From a virus, in the IMG/VR virus record IMGVR_UViG_3300045988_132388: a DNA stretch of 64,000 bases; one strand, 5' to 3'. The position numbers and the translations under genes were made by a program. The notes under the pieces were generated by a model, which saw only the letters and a program-made list of their open reading frames with translations, searched no databases and was not told the DNA's origin. Of this stretch, positions 29,486 through 39,080 are shown one piece after another; within the stretch, counting starts at the first letter, position 1, and each line of letters begins with the position of its first letter.

Positions 29486-30538
29486 TTACTTACTCTTCCT
29501 TATCCTCTCCATCTCCTCGTTCTCCTTGCTCAATCGCTCCAGATGCTCCAATACGAGAGAATACGACTGGTTGTTCACCTGGTCTTCAGTCAGTCCAGCG
29601 TACTTCTGCATCGTGGCGGTCGTGGCGGTGTAAATTTCGAGTGGTGTGGAAGGCCGCTTGCCGTTGAGCTTTTGCACCTTGAACACATGAGGAAACCTAC
29701 GGCTCAACGTGTGCATGATGCCAGTCCACCAAAACAGCACCGGCTGCCACTGGTAATCGGGAAAATTGCGGAAATACCGTGCATTGTCCGTGCACTGGGT
29801 GCTCTCGTAATGGAAGTCACGCTTCACCATACCGGTATTAGAGTCCACAAACTTCGTCTTGGCATTGAACACCGTGGCGAGAAACATTGCCCGAGCCAAG
29901 TCAACATTCTCTGCCTGCCTCATAAGCTGCTCCCCGCTGTATTTATCCATCCGCTGCATCCAGATCAGACTGTTGCTCAGCTGCGTGTAGCTACCCATCG
30001 TGTCGGTGGCAAAACGATATTGCGCCCAACTGAAACCGTCGAGGTCCGGCAATGCACCCTGAAACTCCTTCTTCATGCGCCACCACGAACGACGATGCTT
30101 CACGGTAGGGTAGGGAAACTTGGTGAGAAACATTCCACGCTCATTGTCGAGCCAGTCGAGCAAGCCCGCTCCCTGCGCTATGTATTCAGGCGAATGCTTA
30201 TTGTCGGTCTTTGCCCTGGGCGAGAGCCAATAGTTTATTTGCCAAAGATATAGAGGAAAAGTATCACCATGCTTGCCTTCCTTCAGAAAGCGGCAGGAGT
30301 AATACTGCTCCTCTATAGGCTCTTGCGGATTGATACCCTCCACAACCTGAATGCCGGACAGGGCGAAGAATATAGCGATTTTCACGTTCTGCATAGAGAA
30401 CGGATGATAGCGGTCCTGCCGCTCCAACTGCTCCTGCATCACACGGGAAATGAGTTCCAACTGTTCAGTAGAACATTGGTTCCAATGCTTGGGCAGCGTT
30501 AGGTCTATTTTCTTTATCATAGTCATTGTCGCCTCCAT
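29486..30538 (-). CDS. hypothetical protein
   Basis: 350 aa ORF, Trp-rich, with no recognised motif. Confidence 0.55.
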   Translation of the reverse strand: MEATMTMIKKIDLTLPKHWNQCSTEQLELISRVMQEQLERQDRYHPFSMQNVKIAIFFALSGIQVVEGINPQEPIEEQYYSCRFLKEGKHGDTFPLYLWQINYWLSPRAKTDNKHSPEYIAQGAGLLDWLDNERGMFLTKFPYPTVKHRRSWWRMKKEFQGALPDLDGFSWAQYRFATDTMGSYTQLSNSLIWMQRMDKYSGEQLMRQAENVDLARAMFLATVFNAKTKFVDSNTGMVKRDFHYESTQCTDNARYFRNFPDYQWQPVLFWWTGIMHTLSRRFPHVFKVQKLNGKRPSTPLEIYTATTATMQKYAGLTEDQVNNQSYSLVLEHLERLSKENEEMERIRKSK

Positions 30539-30663
30539 GAGATTTTAATGCGTTAAGCGAATCATAGTTGTAATTGAACTTTCCGCTTCAAAGATAGACT
30601 TTTCCTTTGACGACATAAGGACATGGTGCTTTCCACGGCAGTACGAAAAAGGACAGTACAGAA

Positions 30664-30722
30664 TACAAAAAGCCCCGGTATCTACACCTTTTATTATATA
30701 TATAAGGCTCGATACCAGGGCT
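30664..30722 (-). terminator. long hairpin terminator
   Basis: AGCCCCGGTATC (30671-30682) pairs with GATACCAGGGCT (30711-30722) at 11/12 bp. On the minus strand the stem is followed by TTTTTGT. It lies downstream of the 30854-31408 gene. Confidence 0.5.
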
Positions 30723-30853
30723 ATCATGATTGGAAGTTTTCGAGAGCGATTATTTACCGTCCGCGTCAGAAGAAGGCGTTGCCGCTTCCTTCGGGTTAGA
30801 CCGGGACGATTGTTTGGCGACAGCGGGTCCGCTCTGCTGCTCCGTGTCGCCTG

Positions 30854-31408
30854 TTATTTTGATGCCGAGGCGAGAAGGGAATCCCAACCCTTTTCATCCG
30901 TAGGCTCCGTAACGTAGAGGTTCGGATAATACACAGGTGATAACTTAGCTTCGTAAGTGGTAATACGGTCGTCACTGGCTGCTGCACCAGTGTCGGTAGT
31001 GATAGCACCCGAGTCAAACTTCACCTTACGGTTCGGATCGTAGATAATCTGCGAAACGTCATCATCCTTTGCGATGATGAAGATGTCGTTGTTGTTGATT
31101 GCACGCGCCAACTTACCTGCTGCAGGATTAACAAAGTCTACAACGAAAGTACAAGTGAGCTCAAAACCTTTGCGACGACCAAGAGACGAGCCCTTGATCT
31201 GCTGCTTCTCGTCAGCACACTGCACCTTATATAGACCCTTTCCTGCTGCGAAGGCAGGAGTGGAATAACTGTTCTCGGTCGCAACAAGAGGAGCAGTGAG
31301 CTCACTCTTCAGTCCGATGTAAATATCAGTGCCAAGACCTGCGAGGTTCTCCAAGCACTCTTCTTCGTTGAGCACATCAACGAGCTGTGGACATGTTACT
31401 GATCCCAT
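30854..31408 (-). CDS. hypothetical head/tail-associated protein
   Basis: 184 aa. It lies directly downstream of the capsid gene and is bracketed by two terminators. Confidence 0.5.
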   Translation of the reverse strand: MGSVTCPQLVDVLNEEECLENLAGLGTDIYIGLKSELTAPLVATENSYSTPAFAAGKGLYKVQCADEKQQIKGSSLGRRKGFELTCTFVVDFVNPAAGKLARAINNNDIFIIAKDDDVSQIIYDPNRKVKFDSGAITTDTGAAASDDRITTYEAKLSPVYYPNLYVTEPTDEKGWDSLLASASK

Positions 31409-31429
31409 AATATTTAATGTTTTTGTGTT

Positions 31430-31490
31430 GTTAAAAGGAAAAGGGGCGGCGGTTGGCTATTTTCGTTCGGGTCAAGTTACCCGTCGCCCC
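31430..31490 (-). terminator. rho-independent terminator after the capsid gene
   Basis: GGGGCGGCGG (31443-31452) pairs with CCGTCGCCCC (31481-31490) with one mismatch. On the minus strand the stem is followed by TTTTCCTTTT. Confidence 0.6.
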
Positions 31491-31526
31491 CATTGATTTA
31501 TAGAGCTTATGAGTGAAGCCGTTGAA

Positions 31527-32831
31527 TTAATCTCCTGTCTTCTTGAAGAACACTGTCAAGCCCATGCTCATGCCGGTGGCAGTGAGCTGGATCTTCTTCT
31601 CGGTTGAACCGTTGTTCCAGTTCACAAACTTGTAGTTGGTGCCGTCGGTTGCCTCAAGCGAGATAATCTGATTTACAGAAGTCTCGATAGGATCCTTGTA
31701 GGGAGCACCATTCACCTTCACTGTTCCGTCGATGTTGCCCGCGTCCTGAGCGTTGGCCTTTGCGAGAGTAACAACGAGGTTAGAGTTGGTGTAATCACCA
31801 GCTACAAAGTCAGAGTTAGCGAGATTACCGTCCGACATTGCAAACGAGTGTGCGTAGGGCACCTTCAGTCCGGATCCCTGTATTGACTGAATCTGGAGTT
31901 GGATTTGGCGCAAATCTGTGTCCGTACCGACCTTAACGCCCACATAAGTCTCGTTGCTAAGTGTATCTACACCGTAAACAAGATTCTTCGGTACAGTGGC
32001 GTACATACGGTCGCCTACGCCAAAGTCAGAAACAGGACAGATTGTAACCTTTGACATTCCAGGCAAAACGAAATTGCCACCTGCGTCATAATCAACCTTG
32101 TAGTTGCCGTGATACTTGTTAGCATAGCCGGCTGCGATGTTATGAGCAGTGATTTCGTTCATATACACAAGAGTCTTCTGCTTGCGCAGACGAGCGTCCC
32201 ACTTCAGATACCAGTTGTAGAAGTTGTCGTAAGGTGTAGAGTCGTTGTTGTCAGCTGGAGCGCCGATAGCCTCGCAAGGAATGAGGTTGCCATTAGCCTC
32301 AGAAATAATGCCAGCCTCGATGTCATGCTTGATGCAGGTGTGAATACCGTCATAGAGAGCCAATGCCTGGTCGTGGGCAGGAACGTTTTCCTTGCCATCA
32401 TCGAGCGAGATGTCGCCAAACCAGAAGTTAGCAGCAAGGTTGTCGGCGTAATTGCGAAGGATTGCTTCTACCGCTGCTGTTGACATCGGGTACTGCCCCT
32501 GAGCGTCCGTACCGAATACTGTTTCACAATATGCGTCAATAGAATCAGTAAAGTGATCCCAAGCAAGACGGGCGACAAGGGTACGCTCAGTCAAAAATCC
32601 CGCCTGACTGTTTACTACTGAGTGAACGTCTTTACGACGTGTTGTACCACCCTTGCGGAGAAGAATGTGGAAGGTACGCTTAAACTGCATACCGCTGATA
32701 ATGTCGATACCAAGACGGTCGGTTTCTGCGGGATCGGTATAACCAATACCCATGAGAATTTCCTTAGAAACCTGCTCGGCTACATGCTGAAGCGCATCCT
32801 TTCCGATAAAGTTGTTTGGAAGTGTTGCCAT
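31527..32831 (-). CDS. major capsid protein candidate with C-terminal Ig-like repeat domain
   Basis: 434 aa counted from ATG 32831. The track start at 32900 (TTG) translates the CA-rich leader. The gene follows the protease-scaffold gene and is followed by a strong terminator. C-terminal ...YKFVNWNNGSTEKKIQLTATGMSMGLTVFF resembles the Listeria-Bacteroides repeat. Confidence 0.6.
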   Translation of the reverse strand: MATLPNNFIGKDALQHVAEQVSKEILMGIGYTDPAETDRLGIDIISGMQFKRTFHILLRKGGTTRRKDVHSVVNSQAGFLTERTLVARLAWDHFTDSIDAYCETVFGTDAQGQYPMSTAAVEAILRNYADNLAANFWFGDISLDDGKENVPAHDQALALYDGIHTCIKHDIEAGIISEANGNLIPCEAIGAPADNNDSTPYDNFYNWYLKWDARLRKQKTLVYMNEITAHNIAAGYANKYHGNYKVDYDAGGNFVLPGMSKVTICPVSDFGVGDRMYATVPKNLVYGVDTLSNETYVGVKVGTDTDLRQIQLQIQSIQGSGLKVPYAHSFAMSDGNLANSDFVAGDYTNSNLVVTLAKANAQDAGNIDGTVKVNGAPYKDPIETSVNQIISLEATDGTNYKFVNWNNGSTEKKIQLTATGMSMGLTVFFKKTGD

Positions 32832-32903
32832 AATTGTGTTTGAGTTTTGTGTTGTTGTTAATGTGTTGTTTTGTGTTGGTTGAGAACTTTGATTTAGCAA
32901 GGA

Positions 32904-34589
32904 TTAATCCTCACCACGCTTGAAACGCTCAAAAGCTGCCTTACGCTCGACATTGGTCTTGTAAGGTGAAGGGTCAAACTCACGGAGAGTCTGCGTCTTC
33001 ACTCCCTCACCATTACTTTCGGGAGCTGCACCAATCTCCTGCTCCTCGCTCGGCTCGTTGGTGAGCGAAACAATCTGAGCATCCTTGTCAGAAAGGTTCT
33101 GCTCGGCTGTAGCAAGTGCATTCTTGGTGTTCTTCAACTCCTCGTCAGCCTTTGCCTTGCCGTCGTTGAGTGTAGCGATTTCCGCGTTTTTGTTAGCAAT
33201 AGCCTCGGCATGTGTAGCATTGAGAGTTTCGATTTCTTTACTGTGAGCCTCCTTAGCCTCGGCAAGTGCGGTCTCCGCGACTTCCTTTGCTTCGTTGGCT
33301 GCGTCTACCTGTGCGGAGAGTTCGTCGAACTTGCCCTGCAATTCTGCGAGAGCGTTCTCCGCTGTAGTGACTTTCTGCTCGGCATCAGTCACCTTCTGCT
33401 CAGCTTCCTTCATGTGGGCTTCAAGATTGTCAAGAAGCGAGGCGTTCATATACGCGCCCTCTTCCGTAACGGCAATCTCGCCAGCCTGCAATCCGCAAGC
33501 GTTGCAAATAAGAGGATATTTCTCCATATTTATATTGGTGTTTGTGTTTGTTGCTTCCGGTTTCTCTGGCTCCGGCTCGTTCTCAGGCTCGTTCTGTGGA
33601 TCGTCCTCTGGTTCATCTTCCGGCTCGTTCTGTGGCTCAATCGTCTGCTCACGGTTGATAAGTTCAGCTCTACCATCATAAAGGGCAAAAGTGTGTTGAA
33701 CCACCTCCTTAAACGACGACTGACCATCCATAAGAATACCCTTCACGTCCTCGGCATTGAACACCTTGCCATGCAGATGCTCATCGGTGGCGTTAGGGCA
33801 AGCTTTTTTAACGTCGGCACGGAACTCAACGCCAAGTTCGGCAAGCTCCTTGATAAGCTCCTTGTCATCATCCTTGTTAGCAAGGTCGCGGTAAGCCTTA
33901 TTCTTGTCGAACGACTTAGGATCGTAAAGTTCATGATAGGTCTCGTCGGTATACTTGTCTTTAGCTCCATCGGGCAAAGTGTAGAACGCTGCCATCACGC
34001 CGATACAACCTACAATATCTTTCGGATTCATATAATAGCGTTCGTCGCAAAGAGAGGCAAGATACATTCCTGCTGAAGCACACATACCATCAACCAGGGC
34101 TATAACCTTCTGCCCCTTAGAGTGGGCATAGTCGATGGCAAGTGCATAGTCATTCTTTGCCCATGCCGAGCCGCCAGGAGTGTTGATGATGAAAACGTGT
34201 CCACGACAAAGAGGATGATCGGCTACCCGCATCATCATGTCGCGATGGTCTATTGAACCATACGAACAATAGCCACCGTTGCGAGTGATAGGGCCGTCAA
34301 CAGACAATACCGAAACGAACGGGAAGTTCTGTGCCAGCTCGTCGTCGGCGGGAAGATCCAAAGTCCAGTTGCCTCTCACCTGCTTGCCATCCTCTGAAAT
34401 CTGATATTCCTCGGGATAGTAAGTCTTGCCGTCGGCATCCTCCGCGGTAACATATCCACAAGTCTTCTCCGGCTTGCTGAAAGCCGCATGAGTATTCAGA
34501 TTGTGCTCAAGCGACTGACGGATGCCATGCACGAAGTCCGGACTGACCATCCACTTCTTTTCAGTTAGAATTTCGTAAAGTCCTTTCAT
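32904..34589 (-). CDS. head maturation protease (S49/ClpP-fold) fused to a coiled-coil scaffold
   Basis: 561 aa. FIINTPGGSAWA...VIALVDGMCASAGMYLA is an S49/SppA-type core. An acidic PE-repeat linker and a long Ala/Glu/Lys coiled coil follow. Confidence 0.75.
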   Translation of the reverse strand: MKGLYEILTEKKWMVSPDFVHGIRQSLEHNLNTHAAFSKPEKTCGYVTAEDADGKTYYPEEYQISEDGKQVRGNWTLDLPADDELAQNFPFVSVLSVDGPITRNGGYCSYGSIDHRDMMMRVADHPLCRGHVFIINTPGGSAWAKNDYALAIDYAHSKGQKVIALVDGMCASAGMYLASLCDERYYMNPKDIVGCIGVMAAFYTLPDGAKDKYTDETYHELYDPKSFDKNKAYRDLANKDDDKELIKELAELGVEFRADVKKACPNATDEHLHGKVFNAEDVKGILMDGQSSFKEVVQHTFALYDGRAELINREQTIEPQNEPEDEPEDDPQNEPENEPEPEKPEATNTNTNINMEKYPLICNACGLQAGEIAVTEEGAYMNASLLDNLEAHMKEAEQKVTDAEQKVTTAENALAELQGKFDELSAQVDAANEAKEVAETALAEAKEAHSKEIETLNATHAEAIANKNAEIATLNDGKAKADEELKNTKNALATAEQNLSDKDAQIVSLTNEPSEEQEIGAAPESNGEGVKTQTLREFDPSPYKTNVERKAAFERFKRGED

Positions 34590-34650
34590 TTAAAATTTTG
34601 TGTTTGTGTTGTTGTTATCCTGAATACAACCTTTTTACCAGTTGCTAAAG

Positions 34651-34724
34651 TTGCGGAGGAGGGACTCGAACCCTCGACCTCCTGGTTATGAGCCAAGCGA
34701 GCTGCCAGCTGCTACTACTCCGCT
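34651..34724 (-). tRNA. tRNA with CAU anticodon (Met, or Ile2 if lysidine-modified)
   Basis: Minus strand: acceptor GCGGAG/CTCCGC; D loop AGCTGGCA; anticodon arm CTTGG-CTCATAA-CCAGG; variable AGGTC; T arm GAGGG-TTCGAGT-CCCTC. The acceptor/D junction is slightly irregular (6 clean bp). Confidence 0.75.
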
Positions 34725-34738
34725 GTGTTATCCGAATG

Positions 34739-34746
34739 CAAAAGTA
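34739..34746 (-). promoter_or_regulatory. candidate -7 box (TACTTTTG) for the tRNA
   Basis: Matches TAnnTTTG and ends 15 nt upstream of the tRNA 5' end. Confidence 0.4.
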
Positions 34747-34841
34747 AAAAACATCCTATTAAGGCTTTGGACGAAAAATGCCGTCATCCTCACAGACAAC
34801 GGCACCGGTAGATAAAAAAAAATCAAAAAAAGAAATCAGCT

Positions 34842-35333
34842 TCATCTTACTGTAATCGGAATAAAATCCGACAGCGACTTGCATGAAGTAGTTAGCGACA
34901 TCTGCTCTTCAGTCTGCGAAACATTTGTAGTCGCATTGAAGGAAAAGGTGTTTGGTAACGTGTAACAAAGGTACAACTGCCCGTCTTCACGACGAATCAC
35001 AATATAGCAATCCTCCTCTTCGATAGCTATTTTTCTCTGTGTTTCGCGCACATTTTCCTTTCCGTCAGTGATTGTTGCACTTATTTCTAAAGAAAACAGC
35101 GTTTGGGAACCCATTTTACTGATAGTGGATTTAGCGGTCAAGGTTTCGGCAACCACCAGTGATTTATCCTGTGTGGCTATATGTAGAAGAGCATCGGTAA
35201 AACTACAGTTGTTGATATTCAGTATCTGTGCCACACTGAATGGCACAGGAATACTACTGCTTTTAGTAGGGTAGATGTAAACATCTGTTATTCCTGCAAG
35301 AAAAATCTCTTTGCAATTATCGGGTAAAACCAT
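34842..35333 (-). CDS. hypothetical protein
   Basis: 163 aa ORF. Confidence 0.5.
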   Translation of the reverse strand: MVLPDNCKEIFLAGITDVYIYPTKSSSIPVPFSVAQILNINNCSFTDALLHIATQDKSLVVAETLTAKSTISKMGSQTLFSLEISATITDGKENVRETQRKIAIEEEDCYIVIRREDGQLYLCYTLPNTFSFNATTNVSQTEEQMSLTTSCKSLSDFIPITVR

Positions 35334-35398
35334 ACGTATTATAATTTTGCTTGTTTTTTAATATTATTTTACATTCAATTTAACAATCATAAAGACTT

Positions 35399-36133
35399 TT
35401 AGTCCAACCATTGAAATTCATCAATATGATGACTACGTTCGGAGTCATCCCCATATTTCATGTCAAGACAGGAATACGACCGGAAGAAGTAGTGCTCCGC
35501 CTTGAGCCATCTTTCCACAATCCGGCGCATATTATCCTTCTCTTCCTTCGTGGGGTCTATGCCATAACGCATCAGAAAACGCTCAAGCATGGCAGCTTTG
35601 CTACGGGCTACGATTCTGCCGTTTGCCGTGCAATAGTCAAAGGTGGCAAGCACCCATTCCACTACGCTGCGCTTGAAGTCGTTGTTCAATGATTCAAGGA
35701 GCTTGTACACCCCATGCTTATCAAGATTCCACGTAGGAGTAACCACGCGAACGGTATCTATAACTTCAATCTCGTTGGGCAATTTTATACAGAGAAAGTC
35801 TTCATTGTCGCTCCTGCTGTAATCCTTATACCCATTGAGCTGCTGCACCTCTGCAAAGGTAAGATATTCCGAACTGTCACGCTTTACAACGACATTGCCT
35901 CCGAGAGGGTGTCTACCGTTCATCATGTTGCGCCACTGCTGATGGGAGAAGCACTGTGCGTTCACTTGTTGTGTAACGGCATCCGCATTGGACAGGGAGT
36001 TGCGCATCAGGAAGTGCTCAGGCATGTACATGTTGAATACTACAGGCTCGTTCTTGGCAAGAGTTTTGTTCGGGTCACGGTGGCGAAAATACTGACACCG
36101 GCTCGTAGGTAGACGAAGATAGATGTTAGGCAT
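35399..36133 (-). CDS. hypothetical protein
   Basis: 244 aa ORF. Confidence 0.55.
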   Translation of the reverse strand: MPNIYLRLPTSRCQYFRHRDPNKTLAKNEPVVFNMYMPEHFLMRNSLSNADAVTQQVNAQCFSHQQWRNMMNGRHPLGGNVVVKRDSSEYLTFAEVQQLNGYKDYSRSDNEDFLCIKLPNEIEVIDTVRVVTPTWNLDKHGVYKLLESLNNDFKRSVVEWVLATFDYCTANGRIVARSKAAMLERFLMRYGIDPTKEEKDNMRRIVERWLKAEHYFFRSYSCLDMKYGDDSERSHHIDEFQWLD

Positions 36134-36144
36134 GAATGAAAAAA

Positions 36145-37101
36145 TTAATGCTTTGTTTCAAAATATGTTTTCATTATCGCCGTAGTTACGGTAAAGGAGT
36201 AGTTAAGGGCATCACGGGCTTCAACCTTGCCTGTTATGCGGTCGATTTTCTTGGCTTTCTCTTCATCGACATTCATGGCAAGAGACATGGTGTCAATATA
36301 TCTGCCGCCAGACTCGGTATGCTTGATAAACGTCTTGGCGATTTTCTTGTCAACATCAAAAATCTTGTGTATGGCTTCCACCATATCCTCTTCCGTGCAG
36401 AAGCGAGACAACGGATGCAGCTTGCGATATTTCGCAGAGTAGGTCTTCAACCGTTTAGTCATATATTCATTGATGGAATCGGAGTAGTCAAGATACAACT
36501 GTGTTTCCGGTCTACAGACATCATCGGGGCGAGAAGACTTGAAGAAACCGCGCAGTTGGGTAAGAACCTGCTGTACGGCATCAAACTGGTTGAACTCTAT
36601 TGCATTACCGAACACGTTGTACATATTCTGCTTTGCGTCTACGAGCAGACCTTCAAGCATATCGGCAAGAAAAACAATCTTGTCAAGGCTACTCACTAAA
36701 GTTTCAACCTTTTCCATAATTCCATCCTTGGAATAATCGACATAATACCTCAGCACATTGCCGAAAGGCAGAAAATCATAGGTTACGTCAGACTGGATAT
36801 TTGACTGCACTAAGACAGAATATATCAAATCAGCCAACCTGCGGTCGCGCTGCTGAATGGCGTTGACAATGGCTGCCATTTGCGTAGTATTCTTTGGTAT
36901 ACGTACCGTTGACCTTACCAGGGCGTTGCGCTTTTCCACGGCTTCAGTAAAATCAGGGTTGGCAAACAGTATTTTTAGTGCCTCGGTATACTTCTGGGCA
37001 GGCACGTCTTTCATATCAAACGTATATAACGTAGGCTGCGCCTTTATTTTCTTTTCTCGAAGCTCGTTGGTCGTCGAGGTAGATTTATTCTTCTTGCTCA
37101 T
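36145..37101 (-). CDS. hypothetical protein
   Basis: 318 aa ORF. Confidence 0.55.
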   Translation of the reverse strand: MSKKNKSTSTTNELREKKIKAQPTLYTFDMKDVPAQKYTEALKILFANPDFTEAVEKRNALVRSTVRIPKNTTQMAAIVNAIQQRDRRLADLIYSVLVQSNIQSDVTYDFLPFGNVLRYYVDYSKDGIMEKVETLVSSLDKIVFLADMLEGLLVDAKQNMYNVFGNAIEFNQFDAVQQVLTQLRGFFKSSRPDDVCRPETQLYLDYSDSINEYMTKRLKTYSAKYRKLHPLSRFCTEEDMVEAIHKIFDVDKKIAKTFIKHTESGGRYIDTMSLAMNVDEEKAKKIDRITGKVEARDALNYSFTVTTAIMKTYFETKH

Positions 37102-37148
37102 GGTCTATTTTACATAATATGCGTTATTCATAAAACGGACAGCCGCTT

Positions 37149-37541
37149 TTAACGGTTGTCTCCGTTACCGTCAATCAAGCCATGCTGCTGACGCGACTGA
37201 AGCTTTTCGAGGTTCTGCCGGCAGACATCTTCAAGACTGAAACCAAGCACAGAACATACTCCGGCTATCTGCCACATCACGTCGCCACATTTTTTCTCGA
37301 TGTCCTTGATTTCTTCCTCAGTCATGCCATGGAAGGTCTGTGTCAAGATGCGCTCTCCGTTCTTGTCACGATCGCTCGTGCCGATAAACAACTTGCCCTT
37401 GCGGATTGCTTTTGCAAGTTTGGAGTGTAGTTCACCCACCTCTCCGCAGAGATTCATTGTCATGTAGGCGATATTGTTACAAGTAGGCATGCAGGTAGTC
37501 ATTGCCTTCTGCTGATATTCATTCAAAGTAAGATTATCCAT
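37149..37541 (-). CDS. MazG-like nucleoside triphosphate pyrophosphohydrolase
   Basis: 130 aa. LNEYQQKAMTT...LCGEVGELHSKLAKAIRKG...GDVMWQIAG is the all-alpha NTP-PPase EExxE/D-type pattern. Confidence 0.75.
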   Translation of the reverse strand: MDNLTLNEYQQKAMTTCMPTCNNIAYMTMNLCGEVGELHSKLAKAIRKGKLFIGTSDRDKNGERILTQTFHGMTEEEIKDIEKKCGDVMWQIAGVCSVLGFSLEDVCRQNLEKLQSRQQHGLIDGNGDNR

Positions 37542-37572
37542 AAACTAATTTGCGTTTTATTCAACTTTATGG

Positions 37573-38472
37573 TTATATATCAAAGTCGGGAATATATTCT
37601 CGCATTCTTCCTATTATAATTCCGCGTATCACACCGCACACGTATTTTGCGTTGGGATGTGCCTTGCCGGTAGTCTCATTGAAGCGTAGGTCAATGATAT
37701 GTTTCCACTCATTGAGGTTATAGGTGTAGGCAACCACGGTGTAAGTGTCGAGAGGTAAAATGCCACGTGCGTCCTGCGGTTGCAGTCCGGCTCTCAGCAG
37801 ACGGGTATATATCCATGAGCTGAAGCGGCAAGCTGTCCGGTAGAGGAATCGCTGACGGCGTGTACCAGCATGATACCATTCGGGCTCGGCTATCTGTACT
37901 CCTCCTTTCTTCTCCAGGTTACAGTAACGGGTACTTTGCTCGGCAATAGCGTTGGGGGATGTACGGTTGAGCTCTCGCGAGGTGCTTATCTGTGTGGTGA
38001 CAACGAACGTCATACGCAAGAGCCACAAAGCTGCATTGCATTTGGCTTTCACAGCCCGACGAATAAACTCTTCCTCGTCTATCTGGAACGGCATAAGCAT
38101 GTTCTTCAACTGCTCTTGCTCGCACAAAAACTGCAGATTGGTACTAATCCATACCTTGCTGCCCTTTACGGCATAGGATATATAAGGCGAGGCAACCATC
38201 AAAGACCATACCAGGGTAGTATGCAATTGCTTCTCGTTAGGCACGAAGAAATATGCGGTAGCATGGCGAAACATGGAGCGGTGTCCGCTTTCCCAGAAAC
38301 TCTTGCTACGCAACATGTCGCGCTCATGCAAGAAAGCCTTGCGTTCTTCGCCATCAAGACCTGGATCGGGCAGCTTGCCCTCACTCTTGTAACATATCCT
38401 GCCTACATCGGCGATATGTTGTGCAAAATCTTTCATTGGCCACCAAGCCACAGAGGGATCTATAAATTTCAT
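37573..38472 (-). CDS. ThyX-fold protein with a degenerate ThyX signature
   Basis: 299 aa. SGHRSMFRHATAYFFV and ARGILPLDTYT...NLNEWKHIIDLR align with ThyX. The signature RHRxxSxxxxSxRY reads RTSPNAIAEQSTRY, so His, the second Arg and the first Ser are not conserved. Confidence 0.65.
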   Translation of the reverse strand: MKFIDPSVAWWPMKDFAQHIADVGRICYKSEGKLPDPGLDGEERKAFLHERDMLRSKSFWESGHRSMFRHATAYFFVPNEKQLHTTLVWSLMVASPYISYAVKGSKVWISTNLQFLCEQEQLKNMLMPFQIDEEEFIRRAVKAKCNAALWLLRMTFVVTTQISTSRELNRTSPNAIAEQSTRYCNLEKKGGVQIAEPEWYHAGTRRQRFLYRTACRFSSWIYTRLLRAGLQPQDARGILPLDTYTVVAYTYNLNEWKHIIDLRFNETTGKAHPNAKYVCGVIRGIIIGRMREYIPDFDI

Positions 38473-38498
38473 ATATATATGTATCTTTAAGTTTTTTA

Positions 38499-39080
38499 TT
38501 AATCAGTAAAAGTAGACGAGGTTTCGCCAAAGGGACTGAGCTTATCCATGACAAATGGTATAGTACAGACATATTGCGCTACTTTATAGCGTAGGTCTTC
38601 TTTCGACATACCTCCATTGTTAAATATTCTGCGGTCGAATTTAATCCCCATAGCTGCATTCAGACGCTCCACGTCCCGCAATATACGTGAGAGCTTGACA
38701 CCTCTTGCCAAACGTGTTACTGTAGAACTTTTGATATAAAAGGAATATATCTGAATTTCGGGATGACGATCTTTCATGTCTATCAATCCGACTTCATCCA
38801 CAATATAGATAGCTATATCTTTCACCTGATCTACAGTAGCCCAATATTCATAGCCACCATACTGTGTATATGCTAACACCTCATCAGGATCCACATTAAA
38901 CTCTTTTACAAAATGATGCTCTCTGCCTTCCTGTTCTCCTTCACGCATAGGACGTGTGGTATAGGAACAGATAATAGGCCAGTCTGTCATTTCTGACATT
39001 ATCCGAGCTACAGTGTCCTTTCCTGCACCGCTCAGACCGGTAATTGTTATTAGTTTCATATCAATCTTCTTTATATTCAC
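38499..39080 (-). CDS. guanylate-kinase-like nucleotide (dNMP) kinase
   Basis: 193 aa. P-loop GLSGAGKDT and SYTTRPMREGEQEGREHHFV (the Gmk signature S-x-TTR-x-x-R-x-x-E-x-x-G-x-x-Y/H-x-F). Confidence 0.75.
   Translation of the reverse strand: MNIKKIDMKLITITGLSGAGKDTVARIMSEMTDWPIICSYTTRPMREGEQEGREHHFVKEFNVDPDEVLAYTQYGGYEYWATVDQVKDIAIYIVDEVGLIDMKDRHPEIQIYSFYIKSSTVTRLARGVKLSRILRDVERLNAAMGIKFDRRIFNNGGMSKEDLRYKVAQYVCTIPFVMDKLSPFGETSSTFTD

Noticed and set aside
32832-32900. N-terminal extension of the capsid ORF (MLNQSSQPTQNNTLTTTQNSNTI)
   Set aside because: It starts at a TTG and is simply the CA-repeat leader translated. ATG 32831 is the likelier start.
34651-34724. tRNA-Met as a prophage attachment site
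   Set aside because: No integrase gene or flanking direct repeat of the tRNA 3' end is visible in the window. The tRNA has its own -7 box and looks like a phage-encoded gene.
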